Assembly (NCBI GenBank): GCA_964010765.1
Contig: CAXGMD010000010.1
Span: 1 to 62,203, forward strand
Source of the DNA: an uncultured bacterium
GTDB lineage: Bacteria; SAR324; NAC60-12
Length of the DNA stretch: 62,203 nucleotides
Direction: 5' to 3'
In this document: in pieces, positions 57,261 to 62,203 of the stretch
Numbering within the stretch: position 1 is the stretch's first letter
Layout of the letters: the number at the start of each line of letters is the position of its first letter
Notes under the pieces: model-generated
The model's input: only the letters and a program-made list of their open reading frames with translations
Told to the model about the DNA's origin: nothing
Database searches by the model: none
Program-made: the position numbers and the translations under genes

Positions 57261-58561
57261 GGATTCTCTGAGTTCAGGAGAAATGGTCTTACCAACTCAG
57301 CACATTGCTGGGCAGCTCCAGCTTCCTGCTCAAGTAAGTTTCGTGCTCGCAAACCAAGCTCTTTTGCTTTGTCGGGCTCTCTCAGCAGAGGCATCATTGA
57401 CGACCGAAGTTCCTCAACATTTGGTACGCTGTAGGCCAGCTTGTCTTCAACAAAACGAATTGCTGTCGCATAATTGTGAAAGCGTGGTCCAAAAAATGTT
57501 GGTAATCCAAACGCAGCTGGCTCCATGATGTTATGGACTCCAGTAGTGAAGGCCCCACCCACGAAGGCTAAATTTGCCTTAGCATAAAGGCTGGATAGAA
57601 CTCCGATTGCGTCAACAATCAATACACGAGCTTTTGCAAATTCCTCCTTTTGACCCTGACTCCAAAGATGAATTGGGTACCTTGAAAATATTTCTTGAAT
57701 CTCCGAAACATGTTCCTCAGTTGGCTCGTGTGGTACAAGAATCAGGCGCAATTGTGGTAACTCTTCAAGAGCCTCTAGGAGGACAGAACGCAAACAAGTT
57801 ATATCAGCTGGCCAAATGCTGCCTCCAATTAGCACATTTGCTTTGTTCCATGTTTTGGGGAAATCGGGTGCAGTCACACCATCTCGACGAGAAAGTACGC
57901 TATCAACGCGAGTATCCCCAACGACTTTGATGATCGACTTTGGATAGCTTTCTAAAATACGTTGGGCATCTCCTGCAGAAATTGCTGCGATCTTCTGCAT
58001 TGCATTGTAAATAGTTGAAAAGAGACTTCTACCAAGCAAGTTGCTGTGACGCCAAGAACCCTGATGCACCAAAGCAGAAACTAAAAACTGGGGTACGCCG
58101 CTTCGCTGTGCTTCCCAAACTAAATTCGGCCAAAGATCGTAGCTGACATAGACCAGTGCGTTGGGCTGAAGTTTCCCTAAAATTCGTAAAGCATTAAAAT
58201 GGCTGTCAATAGGCAGATAATCTTTCCAAATTACAGAATTTGGTAACTTGGTGGAGCCACTTTCTAACCAACGCTTCGCATTGACCGAGGTATAAGTCAG
58301 AGCGATTTGTACATTTTCCTTCTCAAATTGCCTCAGAATTGGCTCAGCTTGAAGAATTTCACCAGCACTTGCCGCATGTAGCCAGAGTAGCGGTAAGTTC
58401 CAGTCACGTTGCTGAAGGGCTTCATCCATTCTCTCCCAGATGCCGATTCTACCTTCAAGAGCCTCATTTAGGTTGGGCTTTTTCTTCGCTTGGTGCTGAA
58501 TGAACTGTATCAGCAGTGGCTGTAAAATAAAACGGTAGATCAGCTTCCAAAAAGTCGTCAT
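57257..58561 (-). CDS. waaA: 3-deoxy-D-manno-octulosonic acid (Kdo) transferase
   Basis: WLHAASAGE, YLPID, DLWPN, LVPH, AFVGGAF...HNIMEPA, GP. Confidence 0.9.
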   Translation of the reverse strand: MTTFWKLIYRFILQPLLIQFIQHQAKKKPNLNEALEGRIGIWERMDEALQQRDWNLPLLWLHAASAGEILQAEPILRQFEKENVQIALTYTSVNAKRWLESGSTKLPNSVIWKDYLPIDSHFNALRILGKLQPNALVYVSYDLWPNLVWEAQRSGVPQFLVSALVHQGSWRHSNLLGRSLFSTIYNAMQKIAAISAGDAQRILESYPKSIIKVVGDTRVDSVLSRRDGVTAPDFPKTWNKANVLIGGSIWPADITCLRSVLLEALEELPQLRLILVPHEPTEEHVSEIQEIFSRYPIHLWSQGQKEEFAKARVLIVDAIGVLSSLYAKANLAFVGGAFTTGVHNIMEPAAFGLPTFFGPRFHNYATAIRFVEDKLAYSVPNVEELRSSMMPLLREPDKAKELGLRARNLLEQEAGAAQQCAELVRPFLLNSENP

Positions 58562-58642
58562 TTTGAAATCATAGAGAGGTGGAATATCGCTTGCTTAGAA
58601 ATGACGATCCAATTTTTGTAAAACCTCGTGCGGACAATCCAG

Positions 58643-60052
58643 ATGAAATACAAGTGGTTACTGGCTGCCATTGCTTGCACCTTCGGGGCGACGCTGGTCT
58701 GGGCCTCTACCCAAGTCTTTCGGCAATATGTGGAACGCTTTCAGGAGGAAGCAATCAAGACCTTTGCTACTTACGTTATGAAGGGTGAGCGATATCCATT
58801 ACAGCACGCTCTCTACGACATGCGTTTCCGCGTTCTGCAAGAAGAATTAGATATCAGTCAACGTCGCGAGACGATGGAATGCAACCGCCGTCGCAATTTT
58901 GGTACTGAAATCCCTGCAGAGAAGCAGGAGTTCTGCCAGAAGTACGACTTCATCATTGATTTAGCCAAGGAGCAACTGGCAACGGTCAGCGTTTTCAATC
59001 TCGTTTATTCGACTTTAGAACCCATTCTTTTGAGAGAAATTGAGACCCGAAAAGCGAGAGATACTTTTCGAGTTTGGATCCATCAAAAACTGAACTGCTT
59101 GGAGGACGACTACCGCTGTGCAAACAACGAGCGGGAAATGCTCCGCAGAATCACGAAGGGCAAACAAGAAGTTTTGGATGCTTACCACGCGGCTTTGATG
59201 CGCTTGGAAAGAAAGCTCTATCCAGATGAGATCACAACCGCACCAGTGTGGAGCTATGCCGGACAAGCCTGCAAAACGGTGGGTGTTTCACCGCATGGTG
59301 AAGAAAGATCTGGGATGGTCTTTATCCCGGGAGCTACTTTCAATATGGGTAGTCCCGATGGAGATGTTTCAGAACAGCCCACACGAGAGGTGACATTGAC
59401 CGGTTATTGGCTGGATCGTTGTGAAGTGAGCAATGCGGATTATCTTAAATTTGTCATGCAGGATCCCTTCTTACGTCGAAGCTCCTTGTCACCAAAACTC
59501 CATGATGGAAGCTATCTGAGAAACTGGAAAGACGATCTGATCGTGGAGTACAACGTCGGTAGTCATCCAGTAACATATGTGTCTTGGTATGCAGCAAGAT
59601 ATTATTGTGGGGCATTGGGCAAGCGCTTACCATCTGAGGCTGAATGGGAAAGAGCAGCTAGAGACGATAAGCAGAATCAACCCTACGGTTATGGAAATGA
59701 TCCTGTGTTCCTTTCCGACTATGCTTGGTATCGTCAAAACTCGGCAACCATGCAGCGTGTGGTTGCTGACCGAAAACCAAACGATCTAGGTGTATTCGAT
59801 ATGCACGGAAATGTTTGGGAGTGGGTGTACGATAAATTTGGCCCTTACAATCCAGAAGAACTGTTAGACCCTACCGGGCCATTAGAAGGCGAATACCGCG
59901 TGATGAGGGGCGGATCTCGTCTGAGTCCGCCGGAATACCTTCGGTCAGGCATGCGACGGGATGCCTCACCTCAGAGTACATGGATGGACGTCGGGTTCCG
60001 TTGCGCTGCGAGCGCTGAGATTACAACTGCTGCGACGGATCGAGAGAAGTGA
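58643..60052 (+). CDS. Membrane-anchored or secreted protein with C-terminal FGE-sulfatase (SUMF1/PvdO-like) domain
   Basis: N-terminal hydrophobic signal; F.MGS, PV..VSW..A..YC, RLPSEAEWERAAR, DMHGNVWEW, RGGS, GFRC. Confidence 0.85.
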   Translation: MKYKWLLAAIACTFGATLVWASTQVFRQYVERFQEEAIKTFATYVMKGERYPLQHALYDMRFRVLQEELDISQRRETMECNRRRNFGTEIPAEKQEFCQKYDFIIDLAKEQLATVSVFNLVYSTLEPILLREIETRKARDTFRVWIHQKLNCLEDDYRCANNEREMLRRITKGKQEVLDAYHAALMRLERKLYPDEITTAPVWSYAGQACKTVGVSPHGEERSGMVFIPGATFNMGSPDGDVSEQPTREVTLTGYWLDRCEVSNADYLKFVMQDPFLRRSSLSPKLHDGSYLRNWKDDLIVEYNVGSHPVTYVSWYAARYYCGALGKRLPSEAEWERAARDDKQNQPYGYGNDPVFLSDYAWYRQNSATMQRVVADRKPNDLGVFDMHGNVWEWVYDKFGPYNPEELLDPTGPLEGEYRVMRGGSRLSPPEYLRSGMRRDASPQSTWMDVGFRCAASAEITTAATDREK

Positions 60053-60089
60053 TTTCTCAATCTCTACGGTATATTTGCACTATTAAGAT

Positions 60090-60527
60090 TTAAATTTTAT
60101 CCTGATCAACCTGTTGAATCATACACCCCCCAATCCGCCATTCACCTGAATTTTGCTGTTCCATCTGATAGAATGCTTGAAAAGTGAAGCCATTCAAATC
60201 AGTCAACTGAACCAATTGAACTTTCACCCCAAAATGATCTCGTAGATCCCGATATTCTACTTGAGTTGGTTGTCTTAGGACATTATATCCATTCATGACC
60301 ATCTGCATAAAAATCGCAGAATTTGGAAATTGCCGTTGAATGCCTGGGGTTGCAAAAGAATAGGCCTTCTCTGCATCTCCACTCTGAAATGCTTCCAATT
60401 GGGCATCAATTACAGCAATAATTTTTTCTTTGACCTGGCTCTCCTCCGTCGGCTTGTCTTCCGCCCAAGTTAATTCAGATATCAAAAAAAATGCGAGCAG
60501 ACCTAGCATAAGATGCTTGAACATCAT
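60090..60527 (-). CDS. DUF4864-like secreted protein
   Basis: Signal peptide; VI..QL.AF..D...AY.FA.P.I...F, F..MV..GY, Y.M......WRI.GC. Confidence 0.75.
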   Translation of the reverse strand: MMFKHLMLGLLAFFLISELTWAEDKPTEESQVKEKIIAVIDAQLEAFQSGDAEKAYSFATPGIQRQFPNSAIFMQMVMNGYNVLRQPTQVEYRDLRDHFGVKVQLVQLTDLNGFTFQAFYQMEQQNSGEWRIGGCMIQQVDQDKI

Positions 60528-60668
60528 CCCTCCAATCAGACAAATTTATTAAATTAGAAGAAATGTGGTATGGAATGAGACCACACCCAGTAATTCTTCA
60601 ATTTTTCTTACGAATTCGATTGTACTTTCAATCAAAAACCAATTTCTCCATGTTTTGGACCAAAGACC

Positions 60669-62042
60669 ATGAATGATTCAGCAAAACGTGTAGCAATCGT
60701 TGGCTCAGGGCCTGCGGCATTTTATTCAGCAATGGAACTTCTCCGCCATGATGATCCCATGGTTTCGGTTGATATGCTGGAGAGACTACCCACCCCATAT
60801 GGACTAGTACGTGGTGGTGTTGCTCCAGATCATGAGAAAATCAAGTCTGTGACAAAAATTTTTGAACGTGCGGCCGGACACCCAAGATTCCGCTTTTTTG
60901 GAAATGTAGAATTTGGCAAAGACATCCAACGGCTCGATTTGCTTCAACGCTATCACGCAGTGATTTATGCTTTTGGTAGCCGAACAGATCGACATTTGAA
61001 CATCATTGGGGAGACTCTCCAAGGAAGTCACGCAGCTACAGAGTTTGTTGGATGGTATAACGGACATCCCGACTACCGCCATCACCAATTTGATCTTACT
61101 TCGAAAAGAGTGGCGATCATCGGCATGGGAAATGTTGCCATCGACTGCGCCAGAATTCTTTGCCAGGATCCTGAAAATCTTGCAAAGACCGACATTGCTC
61201 AACATGCTCTTGAAGCTTTAAGGCAAAGCGAGGTTGAAGAAGTCTTTCTGATTGGTCGTCGTGGACCAGTCCAAGCGGCATTTACCCCTGCTGAGGTGCG
61301 TGAATTACTTCACTTGCCAAAAGTCGATGCTGTGATGAGAGCCTCTGATCTGGAACTGGATGAACACAGCAAGGAAGAACTATCCAAGGCGTCTCGAAAT
61401 ACTAAACTTAACATGGAGATCCTTCAGCAAATTCATGATCAAGGAGATAGAGGGAACCCCCGCAAGCTACACCTTTGCTTTCTCATCTCTCCAACAAAAA
61501 TCGAAGGCTCTGAGAGGGTGAAAGGGCTGGAATTGGTACACAATGAAATTGTCAAAGAGGGCGGAGTTCTGAGGGCAAAAGCCACAGATGAAGTGATGCA
61601 CCTAAACGTAGATATGGTCTTTCGCTCGATTGGTTACATGGGGGAAGCGATCCCTGGATTGCCCTTTGATGATCGGAGAGGAACTCTACCAAATGATCAA
61701 GGCCAACTTCTGGATGGTGTGGGTGGCAAGTTACTGAATCAGGAATATACAGCTGGATGGATTAAGCGTGGTCCAAGTGGTGTCATTGGAACCAATAAAC
61801 AAGATGCAACAGAGACCGTCAGCCGCCTCAAGAAAAATTGGCAGACAAGCCCTACACCGCAACCAAAATTAGTTCAGCATGATTTGCTGGATCTTCTTAA
61901 GGAGAAGAAAAGCCAATTCGTTAGTTTTGAAGATTGGAAAAAACTGGACAAATTTGAGGTTGAACTAGGGCAGAAGAATGGAAAATCTCGTCACAAAATT
62001 TGTGAAGTCCCAGAAATGTTGGATCTCATCCGAAGCACTTAG
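60669..62042 (+). CDS. NADPH-ferredoxin reductase (FprA/adrenodoxin reductase-like)
   Basis: GSGPAAFY, TPYGLVRGGVAPDH, FVGWYNGHP, IGMGNVAID, GRRGP, GWIKRGPSGVIGTN. Confidence 0.92.
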   Translation: MNDSAKRVAIVGSGPAAFYSAMELLRHDDPMVSVDMLERLPTPYGLVRGGVAPDHEKIKSVTKIFERAAGHPRFRFFGNVEFGKDIQRLDLLQRYHAVIYAFGSRTDRHLNIIGETLQGSHAATEFVGWYNGHPDYRHHQFDLTSKRVAIIGMGNVAIDCARILCQDPENLAKTDIAQHALEALRQSEVEEVFLIGRRGPVQAAFTPAEVRELLHLPKVDAVMRASDLELDEHSKEELSKASRNTKLNMEILQQIHDQGDRGNPRKLHLCFLISPTKIEGSERVKGLELVHNEIVKEGGVLRAKATDEVMHLNVDMVFRSIGYMGEAIPGLPFDDRRGTLPNDQGQLLDGVGGKLLNQEYTAGWIKRGPSGVIGTNKQDATETVSRLKKNWQTSPTPQPKLVQHDLLDLLKEKKSQFVSFEDWKKLDKFEVELGQKNGKSRHKICEVPEMLDLIRST

Positions 62043-62115
62043 TCAGCCCTTGCTTTTTCAAAAAGAAGAATTAACCTAATTCGTTTAATTCCTCCTCGAT
62101 ACTCCTTCGCATAGT

Positions 62116-62192
62116 GGCAGAGTAGCTCAGCTGGTTAGAGCGTGCGATTCATAATCGCAAGGTCGGGAGTTCAAGTCTCCCCTCTGCTACCA
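62116..62192 (+). tRNA. tRNA-Met (CAT), elongator type
   Basis: Acceptor stem GGCAGAG/CTCTGCT plus A-CCA, D-arm AGCTCAGCTGGTTAGAGC, anticodon stem TGCGA/TCGCA with CAT at 62150-62152, T-loop GTTCAAG. Confidence 0.92.
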
Positions 62193-62203
62193 AATCACCA
62201 CTT

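Noticed and set aside
59880..60052. FGE/C-type-lectin C-terminus as a diversity-generating retroelement target
   Set aside because: No reverse transcriptase and no template-repeat copy of this 3' region were seen in the window
116..61221. The many 60-145 aa ORFs overlapping larger genes (e.g. 198-428, 5082-5519, 18586-18963, 55971-56351, 60804-61205)
   Set aside because: They are antisense or alternate-frame shadows of well-supported genes with no recognisable motifs
62116..62192. Initiator tRNA-fMet, tRNA-Ile2, or an island attachment site
   Set aside because: It lacks the C1:A72 mismatch and the GGG/CCC anticodon stem of initiators, and lacks the C4/C5 pairs typical of Ile2; no duplicated 3' end or integrase was seen in the window

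Overview
Gene-dense bacterial chromosome segment, roughly 43% GC by eye. Gene content and the delta-type flagellar and envelope proteins suggest a marine deltaproteobacterial lineage such as SAR324; this is an inference and was not verified. The left half (1-32 kb) is accessory carbon/sulfur catabolism. It opens with a truncated LLM monooxygenase absent from the ORF track, resembling sulfoquinovose monooxygenase SmoC, divergent from a GH188-type NAD+-dependent sulfoquinovosidase. Next come a TRAP/idonate-dehydrogenase/mannonate-dehydratase sugar-acid locus, an AT-rich LacI-controlled block (perfect 30-bp operator, RraA-type aldolase, two sugar ABC systems, ceramidase-like amidohydrolase) and a run of oxidoreductases, including one frameshifted TIM-barrel gene. 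The right half (32-62 kb) is mostly core genes (ribH, hemF, dacA, bamD, ppnN, tsaEB, anmK, gloB, metC, ispE, waaA, FprA-like reductase, tRNA-Met). It also holds several oddities: a ~680-aa acidic disordered protein, a pseudo-receiver/anti-sigma kinase, a probable tandem DciA, a catalytically dead ABC domain and an atypical fliL-fliL-fliN-fliO-fliP-fliQ-GTPase flagellar block. No CRISPR, rRNA, transposase, integrase or phage genes were seen. All family assignments come from motif recognition, not database searches.
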